DNA of 64,000 bases. Origin: a virus. Shown piece by piece: positions 18,077 to 27,177 of this stretch. The stretch is from IMG/VR virus record IMGVR_UViG_3300035703_000072, positions 5,881 to 69,880 of that record. One strand, written 5' to 3'. The notes beneath the pieces are model-generated. The model was given only the letters and a program-made list of their open reading frames with translations. It did no database searches and was not told the origin of the DNA. The stretch's first letter is position 1; the number at the start of each line of letters is the position of its first letter. The translations under genes were made by a program, and so were the position numbers.

Positions 18077-19543
18077 TTAATCTATTGCTTCAAGCTCTTC
18101 TCCGAGGTTCAATTCAGGATAGTTTTCTTTGATTTTCTTCGGGTCGCCTTTGTAAAACACCAATACATTTTGGTGCATCTTACCGACTTTGCGACCGCCA
18201 TTGAACTGTCGCTTAACTCTGATGGCTAAGCTTCCAACGGTATTAACCAATATGATTTCGTTGTACAGCTCCATTCCGGCATCCTTAAAGGCTTGAATAG
18301 TATCTGAAACAAAGTTGTAATAGAAGCCTTTTTTATCGCGAACATCACCCACAACAAAGCAAGCGAAACGGTCGTCTTTCAACTGAGCGACTGATTTCTT
18401 GATGATAGAGAAGTAAACCTCTTTAAAGTCTTTGTAGTCCATATTGGATAAGTCTTTCGGGTCGTCGCTGTACTTTTCAAGGTCGGCGTATGGTGGGCAG
18501 GAGTAAACGAAGTCAACACCTGTGTTGTCAAAAGTATCAAGTACTTCATTGCTATCGCCATCAAACCAAAATGCTTTATCAATGCTTAAAATAGAGGCTT
18601 GCTTTCTATTGGCTTCCACCTGGTCCAAACGCAAATCTATACCGGCATAATGATAACCAAGCACTCCGGCAACAATACCCCGAACAGAACCACCGGCGAA
18701 AGGGTCAAGGATTTTACCACCTTCAGGACAGAACCAACGGTATGATAACTCACAAAGCACTGGGTCGAAGATGCTCGCGCCCTCGTAAACGTGTAAGCCT
18801 TTCTTCTTGGCATAATCAATGATTTCATCCCAAGAAGGCTCGCGCTTTAATGACTCGCGCATCTTGTTTCGTAATTCGTAAATAGCGGTCGATTGTCCGC
18901 TTTTTGCAATCAGTTCAACATCTTCTCGGGTTTCCTGAGAATTGAACCCTAAAGACAACCATTTACGCTTTCTGTCTTGCCAAACACCCGAGCGAGTATC
19001 TAAGATTGAAAAAGGTGGAAAGATAAAACTATCTTTAAGCGATGCCGGAACAATCTTTTCAGAACTTCCACCAAGTTCACTTTCTTTAAGCATTCCCTCA
19101 AAAGCAATATTGTCAAATTCGGGTATGTTTAACATCGTTTGTAAATCGGGAAAATCAAGGTTAAAGTTCTGAACAAATTCAAGAAGTCCTTGCTGGGTAA
19201 TTTTAGCATAGGCAGAAGAATATACCAACACAAGCTCGGCGGCTTCTTGCATACTCTCGCAGTCAATGAAAGTGGCCGGAAGAAGCTCGGGAACATTGTA
19301 ACCCGATTTTGAAACCATATCCAAATCAAGAAAACGGTGGCGACCATCCAAGCAATACAAAATACCTTCACTCTCCCATACTTTGAACGGATCGGCGAAT
19401 TGGTATTTAAGCAGCGACTCAATGAGTTTTTTGTCGCCATTGCTTATCCATTCTTTGAAGTTTTCTTGCTGAATGAATTGAAGATTTCGCCATTGGATAG
19501 GCTCTGTTTTAATGATTCTTGATGTAATTGTCTGATTACTCAT
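18077..19543 (-). CDS. ParB-like domain fused to amino-DNA methyltransferase
   Basis: LDGRHRF (ParB), PPFSILD, motif I LDPFAGGS, motif IV SCPPY. Confidence 0.85.
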   Translation of the reverse strand: MSNQTITSRIIKTEPIQWRNLQFIQQENFKEWISNGDKKLIESLLKYQFADPFKVWESEGILYCLDGRHRFLDLDMVSKSGYNVPELLPATFIDCESMQEAAELVLVYSSAYAKITQQGLLEFVQNFNLDFPDLQTMLNIPEFDNIAFEGMLKESELGGSSEKIVPASLKDSFIFPPFSILDTRSGVWQDRKRKWLSLGFNSQETREDVELIAKSGQSTAIYELRNKMRESLKREPSWDEIIDYAKKKGLHVYEGASIFDPVLCELSYRWFCPEGGKILDPFAGGSVRGIVAGVLGYHYAGIDLRLDQVEANRKQASILSIDKAFWFDGDSNEVLDTFDNTGVDFVYSCPPYADLEKYSDDPKDLSNMDYKDFKEVYFSIIKKSVAQLKDDRFACFVVGDVRDKKGFYYNFVSDTIQAFKDAGMELYNEIILVNTVGSLAIRVKRQFNGGRKVGKMHQNVLVFYKGDPKKIKENYPELNLGEELEAID

Positions 19544-19579
19544 GGGTTGTAAAAATGTTTTTTTGGAAATATTCTACAA

Positions 19580-19620
19580 CAAATGTAGCAAAATATACGA
19601 TTGAATTGTATATTATACAA
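19580..19620 (-). promoter_or_regulatory. Promoter with TTGTATATTATACAA palindrome
   Basis: caaatgta 19580-19587; palindrome 19606-19620. Confidence 0.55.
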
Positions 19621-19623
19621 ATG

Positions 19624-19653
19624 AAAAAACCGCCCTTAATCGAGCGGTTATTT
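19624..19653 (-). terminator. Rho-independent terminator
   Basis: AACCGC/GCGGTT hairpin with A tract. Confidence 0.6.
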
Positions 19654-19680
19654 AGTAATTGTTTGATTTTTAACTATTTA

Positions 19681-21063
19681 CTATTTTTTATATTGATCAT
19701 GTAAAACAAATCCTTTGAGTTCTCCGTAGGCTTTGTTGAGTAAGAACCAAGAATCATTTTCTTTGAATTTGACGTGCATAGTTCCTTTTTTGAAGAATTT
19801 AACGTCAAAAAACCCCCATTCATACCAAGTATTAGGTTCAATTTGAAACAATTTCTCGTGTTTTGAGTTGTAATTGAACCTGTAAAGACTTCCTATTGTG
19901 TTATAATCTCTTCCGGTGATATTGCAAAGCACTTTTACCAAATCATCAATCTTTCTAAGTCCGTAGGTGTCATATTTCACATTGAAGCCCATGTATGACA
20001 TTGTTTCCATGATTCCCTCAACGATAAACTTTTTGTTGAGCATGTGCCCGGAGTTGGTTTTCCATCCTTCAACACCGAATCGGTTCTCGTGGGTGTATTT
20101 TGTAAAGTTGTCAATGGCTTCTTCGAGTGCTCTGTTGAAAGTTTCTTTTCGGGTTCCGACAATGATTTCAAGCATTCGATAAATGTTTCGCATGGTAAAA
20201 GGAACTTTTTCTTGCGTTTCGACAAACTTATTGATGTCTTTCATCACTCCGGAAGTAACGTACTTCTCCATGTTCATTTTTTGGAATATGTATTTCCAAG
20301 ATTGCTTTTGGAGAATTTTTGAAAACTGCTCCTTGCTTGTGATGTCCTTGTCGTGTCCGATTTGCAAGTTGATTGAAGACATGTTGATTTGGCCAATCAT
20401 TAAATTAACGGATTCGATTTCGGCTTTCATTCGGTCAAACATCTTCATGGTTCCAACATAACGGTTAACGAGTGCACGTACTTCATTGTATTGCATGATG
20501 CCTTCGCCTTGGATTTCCTCTTCATCCTCTCCCATAAAAAATCCTTCAAACTCGAAATCCTGACTTTTGATAGGCTTGTGCAATCTGATCAGTCCAACCT
20601 CTACACCGGTGGTTCTTTCGGCATCGGAGAAACAATCCCCGAGATTTTCAGTTTGGCCGTAATCTGAAATGATGCTTCTAAGTCTTGGATATGGTCTTTC
20701 AATTGTTGAATAATTGCAAAGCGAAACTATTTCGCATCCATCGGGCGCGACTTCCCAAGCGTGTATGATGTGCTTTTCGGCGTTTGAGAAAGGCGGGTTC
20801 ATGTAAATAGCATGAACGTGGCTGATTTGTTCCGGCTTGCATTCGAAGAAATTCTCGCCAATAAGCGTGGATTTTTGCTTTACGATTTGCTGTAGGTCTT
20901 TATTGATTTCCATGCTGAGTACTTCTTTAGCTCCATTGGAAAGGCAATAATCAACTATGTTGCCTTTTCCGGCGTGAGGTTCAAGTATTACTCTGTTTTT
21001 ACAATCCAAATTCATCATTTGGATTACTTCGGGTGGTGTCGGATAGAATTCTGAATGGAACAT
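19681..21063 (-). CDS. N6-adenine methyltransferase with DUF4942-like C-terminus
   Basis: FYPTP, ILEPHAGKG (motif I), MNPPF (motif IV), FFDVKFFKKGTMH C-terminal motif. Confidence 0.8.
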   Translation of the reverse strand: MFHSEFYPTPPEVIQMMNLDCKNRVILEPHAGKGNIVDYCLSNGAKEVLSMEINKDLQQIVKQKSTLIGENFFECKPEQISHVHAIYMNPPFSNAEKHIIHAWEVAPDGCEIVSLCNYSTIERPYPRLRSIISDYGQTENLGDCFSDAERTTGVEVGLIRLHKPIKSQDFEFEGFFMGEDEEEIQGEGIMQYNEVRALVNRYVGTMKMFDRMKAEIESVNLMIGQINMSSINLQIGHDKDITSKEQFSKILQKQSWKYIFQKMNMEKYVTSGVMKDINKFVETQEKVPFTMRNIYRMLEIIVGTRKETFNRALEEAIDNFTKYTHENRFGVEGWKTNSGHMLNKKFIVEGIMETMSYMGFNVKYDTYGLRKIDDLVKVLCNITGRDYNTIGSLYRFNYNSKHEKLFQIEPNTWYEWGFFDVKFFKKGTMHVKFKENDSWFLLNKAYGELKGFVLHDQYKK

Positions 21064-21066
21064 AAA

Positions 21067-21141
21067 TTAGTGTTTACAGATTGTACAAATACCGTTTTTG
21101 AATAACTGAACGGTAAAACAGCGTTTGCAGTACTTGAACAT
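21067..21141 (-). CDS. 24-aa CxxC-CxxC microprotein (copy 1)
   Basis: MFKYCKRCFTVQLFKNGICTICKH; fills the intergenic gap; paralogue at 22985..23059. Confidence 0.7.
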   Translation of the reverse strand: MFKYCKRCFTVQLFKNGICTICKH

Positions 21142-21143
21142 GG

Positions 21144-21356
21144 TTAATTGATTTCTAATTCAAATCGGCCGTTGATGTCATAGGCCAATGTGTTAGTTAT
21201 AATTTCTTCGAGCTCGTCAATCATTTCCTCTTGCTCTTCAAATTCGTATGCTCCGGTTCTGACGTTCCATTCTGCATGGAAAGGAGATTGGTCTAATCTG
21301 AATTGGAAAATGTTTGCGTCGATGGTTGTTGATGGTGTGAATAATAAAGTTGCCAT
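21144..21356 (-). CDS. Hypothetical acidic protein
   Basis: 70 aa in tightly packed operon. Confidence 0.6.
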   Translation of the reverse strand: MATLLFTPSTTIDANIFQFRLDQSPFHAEWNVRTGAYEFEEQEEMIDELEEIITNTLAYDINGRFELEIN

Positions 21357-21411
21357 AATATTGCTTTTTGTGTTAAACCTTGAGCAATATTGGGTTGACT
21401 CTTTGGAAGTA

Positions 21412-21639
21412 TCAAGGAATAATCGAGATTATTTTGTCTGAATTATTAAAGCATTTCGATATAAATTCAGCATGTAGTAAAGCTTCTGACTTCTCTTTGG
21501 TGTCGATTATTTCATTACCGGTAACGTTATAAGGAATCCTTGCGATTTTAAATTTACCGGCTAAATCTGTTCCTACAATATTCCATGACGATTTTGATTG
21601 GGAATGTACTACTTTGGTTTTGATGTTTGGATTTTGCAT
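21412..21639 (-). CDS. Hypothetical protein
   Basis: 75 aa in operon. Confidence 0.6.
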   Translation of the reverse strand: MQNPNIKTKVVHSQSKSSWNIVGTDLAGKFKIARIPYNVTGNEIIDTKEKSEALLHAEFISKCFNNSDKIISIIP

Positions 21640-21643
21640 GTTT

Positions 21644-21838
21644 TTAAAATAAGGTTAATTGTTGATTCTGTTTTTTTTGATAGTCATTTGTCTGCGCACA
21701 CATATTGGCGGAATACTTCGAGGGTTCTGAGCAACCACCAAACCACATTTTTTTACAACTGTAAGCATTACCCCAATCTTCATGTGGCTTAATAATCAAA
21801 TGAGCACATTTAAAGCATTTGATTTTTGATTTTTCCAT
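21644..21838 (-). CDS. Cys-rich small protein ending QLTLF
   Basis: 64 aa, CFKC plus further Cys. Confidence 0.6.
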   Translation of the reverse strand: MEKSKIKCFKCAHLIIKPHEDWGNAYSCKKMWFGGCSEPSKYSANMCAQTNDYQKKQNQQLTLF

Positions 21839-21839
21839 T

Positions 21840-22067
21840 TCAAAATAGTGTTAATTGAGGTTTTTCTTCTTTCACATTTTCCCACAGTTCCGGCCACATT
21901 TCCATGTATTTTTTCATGTACTCAAGCGGTTGCTTTTCGACCATCAATAAGTCCGGGAAATTCTGTTTGAATTTGATTAGCGGAACTTCTACAGCATCGG
22001 GAGTAACACCGTATAGGATATTACCTTTTCGGCTGTAGAAGTATAGGTTTTCAAGGTGTGGAATCAT
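21840..22067 (-). CDS. Small protein ending QLTLF
   Basis: 75 aa in operon. Confidence 0.6.
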   Translation of the reverse strand: MIPHLENLYFYSRKGNILYGVTPDAVEVPLIKFKQNFPDLLMVEKQPLEYMKKYMEMWPELWENVKEEKPQLTLF

Positions 22068-22077
22068 TGGCTAATTT

Positions 22078-22278
22078 TTATAACTCATCATCATTAATAT
22101 CTTCTCTTTCATGTAGAATTTGCAAAAGCCTTTCAGGTTTTAAAATATAACCTGCTAACGCTTCATCAGTTCCAAATTTTCCGCAGTCCGAATAAAAATC
22201 TATTATTATTTTTCCGTCTTCAATCTTTATTTCGGCAGATACTTTTTGCTCTTCTTTTGGTTTGTATAGCAATCCCAT
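22078..22278 (-). CDS. Hypothetical protein
   Basis: 66 aa in operon. Confidence 0.55.
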   Translation of the reverse strand: MGLLYKPKEEQKVSAEIKIEDGKIIIDFYSDCGKFGTDEALAGYILKPERLLQILHEREDINDDEL

Positions 22279-22281
22279 AAC

Positions 22282-22669
22282 TTAAAAGTTTTCCGGTTTT
22301 TCGATGCGTTCGAATTCGATTACCCACACCCACGGATTTTCGTTCCAGGATTGTTCACCGTTGATAGACTTCCATAGTGTCATGAAAGAAGAACGAGCAT
22401 CGGCACAACCAGAAGTATCGCCTTTATAATCTCGATACAGTAGTCTTGTTTGAAAGTTTTCTACCGGCAATTTAACATCTTTCAAAACTCCTTCACTTAT
22501 TGCATCTTCCTCTGAAATATCCTGAAGTCTTTCTACTCGGATATCTTTGATTTTAAGAAACAAACGGCAAGCTTCTTTTGGCATAAACAGAGAACTTCTT
22601 TTATACCAACCAAGAACTCTTTGACTATTTTTGAATATTGAAGACGGGGGATTATCATTGTATGCAATT
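22282..22669. repeat. Direct repeat shared with 63670..64000
   Basis: 22282-22365 = 63670-63753 (2 mismatches in 84 bp); 22543-22669 = 63874-64000 (127 bp identical). Confidence 0.95.
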
Positions 22670-22962
22670 GATGTATAGGCATTATCTGCTATAAATTTCC
22701 ATTTTTGCTTACCTGTTTTAGTTAATCCGTTTTTTCTCCAAAAACCATATTGATAGAAGCTTTCTCTCACCCAAAGCACATCGCCAACTTCACCGTATGG
22801 GCATATAAAAGTATCAGGCCTTGTTAAAACATCAGGAGGTAACATGCCGGTAGTAATCCACTCAAGCGCTTTACCTTTAACAACTCTCCTTGTCTGTAAT
22901 TTGGTTCCGTTTAAAATCGCCTGAACCATAGGCGTGCTGAATAAAATTGGTTTGAAATTCAT
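22282..22962 (-). CDS. ASCH-like conserved phage protein
   Basis: PILFSTPMVQAIL.G.K.QTRR, GDVLWVRE, VERLQDIS..DA..EG, NPWVWVIEF. Confidence 0.8.
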   Translation of the reverse strand: MNFKPILFSTPMVQAILNGTKLQTRRVVKGKALEWITTGMLPPDVLTRPDTFICPYGEVGDVLWVRESFYQYGFWRKNGLTKTGKQKWKFIADNAYTSIAYNDNPPSSIFKNSQRVLGWYKRSSLFMPKEACRLFLKIKDIRVERLQDISEEDAISEGVLKDVKLPVENFQTRLLYRDYKGDTSGCADARSSFMTLWKSINGEQSWNENPWVWVIEFERIEKPENF

Positions 22963-22984
22963 ATTGATTTGATTTATGGGTTAT

Positions 22985-23059
22985 TTATCTTTTACAAATT
23001 GTGCATTTGTCATCTCTGAACAATTGCATCGAGAAACAGTGCTTGCAATACTTCCACAT
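22985..23059 (-). CDS. 24-aa CxxC-CxxC microprotein (copy 2)
   Basis: MWKYCKHCFSMQLFRDDKCTICKR; TAATG coupling to PcfJ stop. Confidence 0.7.
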   Translation of the reverse strand: MWKYCKHCFSMQLFRDDKCTICKR

Positions 23060-24363
23060 TAGGCAGATTGTTTTTTAGGGTTACGTTTTTTCTTTGCTGA
23101 AGCTTTCCGAATTAATGGAACGCTTTTCTTCATCAGTTCGAGAATTCTATCGTGATAATCAGTATTCGAGTTAAATTTTCCTCTGCACTGGATAACCTCC
23201 CAACTTTGAATGCTAAACTCAACTGTTTCTGTTCTCACTCCATTTACTCGGGCGGAAAAAAGCAATGAGTGTGTTTTGGTATAGTAATCGTTTGTGAACA
23301 CGCAGTGCTTTAATTTCTTGCCCTCTTCCTTAAAATCATCAATATTCTGCAATGGTTTGATGGTTAATTCTCCATCGACAAACTCAAGATTCAAGAATCG
23401 TTTCATTCGCTCGATGTAAGCCATGTTCTTCTGTTTGATGTTGGCTTCTTTCTCCTGCTCTCTCTGTATTCTTCTCTTTTCAACTAAAGCATCATGAGCC
23501 GCATTCAAGTCCTCAGGACAAATGTATTTTGGATTGTGTAAGTCCTTCCCGAAATGGCTCAGCAAATTGAGGTAGTCATACCAAATACCAGGGTCTTTGA
23601 TTTCGTACTTATGGCGCAGTGTTATTTTTATCTGTGGCCAATATCTTGAATGATCTGAATCTTTGTATAAGGCATGTTGCAAAATTTCTTTTTGCTTCGA
23701 CTTGAGAAGCGTTTCAATCTTAGGAGACATCCTAACTTTTTCAATCAAACGTCTATAGTCGCAATCATGCTCAAAGCAGTCAAGGCTATACTTTTCAAAC
23801 TGAGGTAGGAACTGAGCACCAGGACAATTGTAATCTGAAGCAAATCGGTCGTAATCGTTTCCTCTCCAACTTCTCGTATTCACATATCGTACTTCATAAG
23901 TTCCTCTGAATCCATCGCCATAGAAACAAGGCAAAGCTCCAACAATTACTCTCTTATCTTTTTCATAATCTTTCCACTCTTCGAAAAGTCTATGGAACGA
24001 GTACTGAGGTTTCTTCTTCTTTGACATGTGCTTCCAACATGATAAGTAACGCATCACTTGGAATCGGCCAAATACTTCAGCTACGCCAAAAGTGATAATT
24101 CTTGTTGCCATGCCACCGTTCTCTGTAGCTACTTTTTTGAGCTGCCTTCCACATGAAGGACACTCTACTCCGGAAACTTCCTCTTGCCACATTTGCATTT
24201 CAGGTTTCCATTGGTGGTTACATTCTAAACAGATGAAGTTCTTGTAATGGGTAGTAAAGTAAAACTCATGCTTTGATATGATGTAAGGCTCATGCTCTTT
24301 AGTTGGAAGAAGTCTTTGGTGCAAATCCCAAACCTCTATCTGTAACTTGGTTTTCGGTTTCAT
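23059..24363 (-). CDS. PcfJ-domain protein
   Basis: Zn ribbons CLEC/CPSC, WYDYL..L..FGKD, EGKKLKHCV, QCRG; adjacent to PcfK-like gene. Confidence 0.85.
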   Translation of the reverse strand: MKPKTKLQIEVWDLHQRLLPTKEHEPYIISKHEFYFTTHYKNFICLECNHQWKPEMQMWQEEVSGVECPSCGRQLKKVATENGGMATRIITFGVAEVFGRFQVMRYLSCWKHMSKKKKPQYSFHRLFEEWKDYEKDKRVIVGALPCFYGDGFRGTYEVRYVNTRSWRGNDYDRFASDYNCPGAQFLPQFEKYSLDCFEHDCDYRRLIEKVRMSPKIETLLKSKQKEILQHALYKDSDHSRYWPQIKITLRHKYEIKDPGIWYDYLNLLSHFGKDLHNPKYICPEDLNAAHDALVEKRRIQREQEKEANIKQKNMAYIERMKRFLNLEFVDGELTIKPLQNIDDFKEEGKKLKHCVFTNDYYTKTHSLLFSARVNGVRTETVEFSIQSWEVIQCRGKFNSNTDYHDRILELMKKSVPLIRKASAKKKRNPKKQSA

Positions 24364-24881
24364 TATCCAAATAGTGTTGGTTGAACTTCTTCTTTCTGCT
24401 CCGGCTTAGCTTCAGTCTTTTTAGACTTTGCCGTCATCTTCTCGAGCGCTTGTGTAACAGCCAGCTCTTTGGCTTTTTGTTTAGCCTCTTCGATTTCTTC
24501 AGGAGAAAGAGTGATTTCATTCTTGAGTTGCTCTTTGATCTCCGGAATGTATTTTGACTTCTCAGTTTCAAACAAAACCTTTTTGGCTTTCTCTTTTTCT
24601 TCTTCAGATAGTTCTACACCTCGGTTGATAATTACATTGGCGCTGATAGCTGCAACGTCTTTGATGTTGTCCTCGTCGTAGTAGTGTACAGCCCATCCAA
24701 ATACTTCTTCATCTGAGTATCCGGCACAGCCTCCATCCTTGGCGCACTTCAAAACATAGTTGCAGCATTCCTCAAGGCTCTTGTGTGGTTTTTGATAGTT
24801 GGCAGCGAACAGTTCATCTTCAGCTGCACGTTTGTCAAGGTAGTTTTTGATTGTTTCTTTGAAATGTTGTGATGATTTCAT
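24363..24881 (-). CDS. PcfK-like protein (AcrIIA9 family)
   Basis: HFKETIKNYLDKRA..DELFA..Y, DEEVF..AVHYYDED. Confidence 0.85.
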   Translation of the reverse strand: MKSSQHFKETIKNYLDKRAAEDELFAANYQKPHKSLEECCNYVLKCAKDGGCAGYSDEEVFGWAVHYYDEDNIKDVAAISANVIINRGVELSEEEKEKAKKVLFETEKSKYIPEIKEQLKNEITLSPEEIEEAKQKAKELAVTQALEKMTAKSKKTEAKPEQKEEVQPTLFG

Positions 24882-24898
24882 CTTGCTCGGTTTTAAGG

Positions 24899-25090
24899 TT
24901 ATTGTACTTGATTAAATTGTTTTTGTTTTTCCTGAAGAAGCTCGACCGGAATCCTCTTTGCTTTTACGAGTTGGCCGACTTTGTATTCGATTTGGTCTCT
25001 CTGCTTCCGAGAGAGCTTGCTTTGCTTGTTGATGATGAGGATGTACTCGTCAATCATTTCTGTTCTTGTCATGTTCTTAGTTGGTTTCAA
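24899..25090 (-). CDS. Hypothetical protein
   Basis: 63 aa; motif shared with 12130..12366. Confidence 0.6.
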   Translation of the reverse strand: MKPTKNMTRTEMIDEYILIINKQSKLSRKQRDQIEYKVGQLVKAKRIPVELLQEKQKQFNQVQ

Positions 25091-25502
25091 ATTGTATTTT
25101 AGTTTGATAGTCTCCGTTGTAACCTCGCTTTACGCATTCTTTTACAAATGCTTCAGGAGTTTCAATATTGTATTTTAAATCCTCGTGAATCAAGTATCCA
25201 ATGTCTCGGTAGTAGAAGACCTGAAATCTTCTCCGGTTGCATCCGTAGTTTTCAATCTGTTCAATGTATTCATCATTCGATAATTCTCTTTCGCAGATTA
25301 TTTCCCAATTGTTTTCAGCTCCACTCTTGCGAGAACCATTCATGCTATCGATGATAAATGCTATCTGACAACCCGATTTTGATTCCCTTTTATAAAATCC
25401 ATACTTGATTATGAATTGATGTTTAGAAACCTTGCTCTTGATGAACTTAATCTCATCTTTGGTAAATGGTTCTCTTTTTTCAGCAAGTTTCATTAAGTCC
25501 AT
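25077..25502 (-). CDS. Hypothetical protein
   Basis: 141 aa in operon. Confidence 0.6.
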   Translation of the reverse strand: MDLMKLAEKREPFTKDEIKFIKSKVSKHQFIIKYGFYKRESKSGCQIAFIIDSMNGSRKSGAENNWEIICERELSNDEYIEQIENYGCNRRRFQVFYYRDIGYLIHEDLKYNIETPEAFVKECVKRGYNGDYQTKIQFETN

Positions 25503-25518
25503 TTGGTAATTTATTATA

Positions 25519-25974
25519 TTACAAGTTACGTAAAAAAAGCTCTATATCCTGAGCCAAATCGGAATAATTCAAGGCGGTATATCGTAATACTTTCCAACCT
25601 TGTGCAGTGGCCAAATTGTACTTTGAGCAGTCTTTCGAGTATCCGGCGATGGTAGTATGACCTGACTTGTCTGACATCAATCCCTCATACTCGATGGCCA
25701 ACTTCAATTCCGGGACCGCATAATCAAATCGAAACTTACGTTGCAGATCAAACTGATGCTCTTTGACATACTCCGGAATCAATCCTTGCTGTTGGAATGC
25801 CTTGAGGATAAACTCGATGGTGTTCTTCTCGATGCTTACCTTTTCAATTTTTATTGGAGCTGGTTTTTTAAGTTGAGACATTACTGCATCGGTGTTTTTT
25901 TTAATCTGTTCCTCAACTGTCATTCCTCGTTCCTGAACTGCCTTCAGGTCTTTGTCTGTCCAACGTTTTGCCAT
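25519..25974 (-). CDS. PD-(D/E)XK endonuclease (DUF559/Vsr-like; possible resolvase)
   Basis: EHQF..RKFRFDYA..LAIEYEG..H..D..KYN..GWKVLRYT. Confidence 0.75.
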   Translation of the reverse strand: MAKRWTDKDLKAVQERGMTVEEQIKKNTDAVMSQLKKPAPIKIEKVSIEKNTIEFILKAFQQQGLIPEYVKEHQFDLQRKFRFDYAVPELKLAIEYEGLMSDKSGHTTIAGYSKDCSKYNLATAQGWKVLRYTALNYSDLAQDIELFLRNL

Positions 25975-25975
25975 G

Positions 25976-26332
25976 TTAAGTATTTTGAATATTTATTTGA
26001 TTAAAACTCTCCCAATCTTTCTCAGTCCATTGCTTAACTGACTTGCCCCATAAGTAGTGCCTTGGTGACTTTCTCAGCACATCGAGAACCTGATATAAAT
26101 TGCACGTCTTTTTAAACTTTCCGGCGGTCTCTTGCTCTTTGGCTTTTTCCTTTTCCTTTTCGATTCGCTGGAGTTCTCTCCACTCTTTATTCATAGCTCT
26201 GACCTTTTCCTTGTTTTTCTCGTACCATTCTTTTTTCTTCTTGGAAACCTTTTCTTTGTTTTTATGGTACCACGCTCTTTGAACTTCAAGGGTGTGTTCT
26301 AATTGATTTTTTTCGCTCGGTATTAGATTCAT
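25976..26332 (-). CDS. Lys-rich hypothetical protein
   Basis: Repeated WY.KNKEKV motif. Confidence 0.6.
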   Translation of the reverse strand: MNLIPSEKNQLEHTLEVQRAWYHKNKEKVSKKKKEWYEKNKEKVRAMNKEWRELQRIEKEKEKAKEQETAGKFKKTCNLYQVLDVLRKSPRHYLWGKSVKQWTEKDWESFNQINIQNT

Positions 26333-27177
26333 AATATTGCTTCTTTGAATTTTTGAAAATCTGATTTAAACTGCTTCAGGTAGTTGCTTACCATAATCGA
26401 TTTACATCTGTTGATTACAACTCCAAGATGCTTTCCTTTCGATACATTCTCCTTGGCAGCATCCAAAGTGTCTTTGAAACTTCTCCTTCCCTCATTCTTG
26501 GCAACATCTTGTTTCAGCTCGGTAATGTAAATGTGCTCTTGCTGTTTGTAAAGGTTCTTCTTTTGTTGGTCGTCTTGAGGAAGCTTTGCTTTGACATCAT
26601 CGTACAAAAGCCAAGCATCATTTGAATGGTCAAGTTCGGCTATATCATCGAATACTGATTTTAAAAAGTCCTCTCTGATTTTTGCCTTTTCCTCTTCTGT
26701 TGGACCTTCAACCGGAGTATATGAAAGCAGTTTGGTTTTTGCTTCGTTGTATTCCGGATTCTGTTTCTTGTAAGCCATATACTGATTCAAGACTTCAGAT
26801 GTTGTGTTGATGCTCAGCTCCGGTAAAAGATTGAAGTCGGTTCCGTCCGATCGCTTCAACTCTCTTGACATTGCAAGTCTGAAAGCCTCATAAACTTCCG
26901 TTGGTCTTATGTTTTTGAACTTTGGAGTAGTGGTCAAGAATAGTAACCAGTCTTTGGCCATCTCGCTATTCTTTTCACGAACCTGAAGAAGTCTGATGAT
27001 ATCGTTGGTTAGTTTGGTTTTTGTATCAACAGAGCTTTCAACGATAGACGCCTGGGATATTTCCATTTTCAACATCTTCGGTAAGTTCTCGTACAAGCTC
27101 TCCGGGATCAATTTCGGCAGGTTTGTAACCTGGATTTGGATTTGGTTTTCGCTCGTTGTTAGTTGTTGGGTTTGCAT
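26329..27177 (-). CDS. Putative replication accessory/helicase-loader protein
   Basis: 282 aa overlapping the initiator 3' end; positional. Confidence 0.5.
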   Translation of the reverse strand: MQTQQLTTSENQIQIQVTNLPKLIPESLYENLPKMLKMEISQASIVESSVDTKTKLTNDIIRLLQVREKNSEMAKDWLLFLTTTPKFKNIRPTEVYEAFRLAMSRELKRSDGTDFNLLPELSINTTSEVLNQYMAYKKQNPEYNEAKTKLLSYTPVEGPTEEEKAKIREDFLKSVFDDIAELDHSNDAWLLYDDVKAKLPQDDQQKKNLYKQQEHIYITELKQDVAKNEGRRSFKDTLDAAKENVSKGKHLGVVINRCKSIMVSNYLKQFKSDFQKFKEAIL

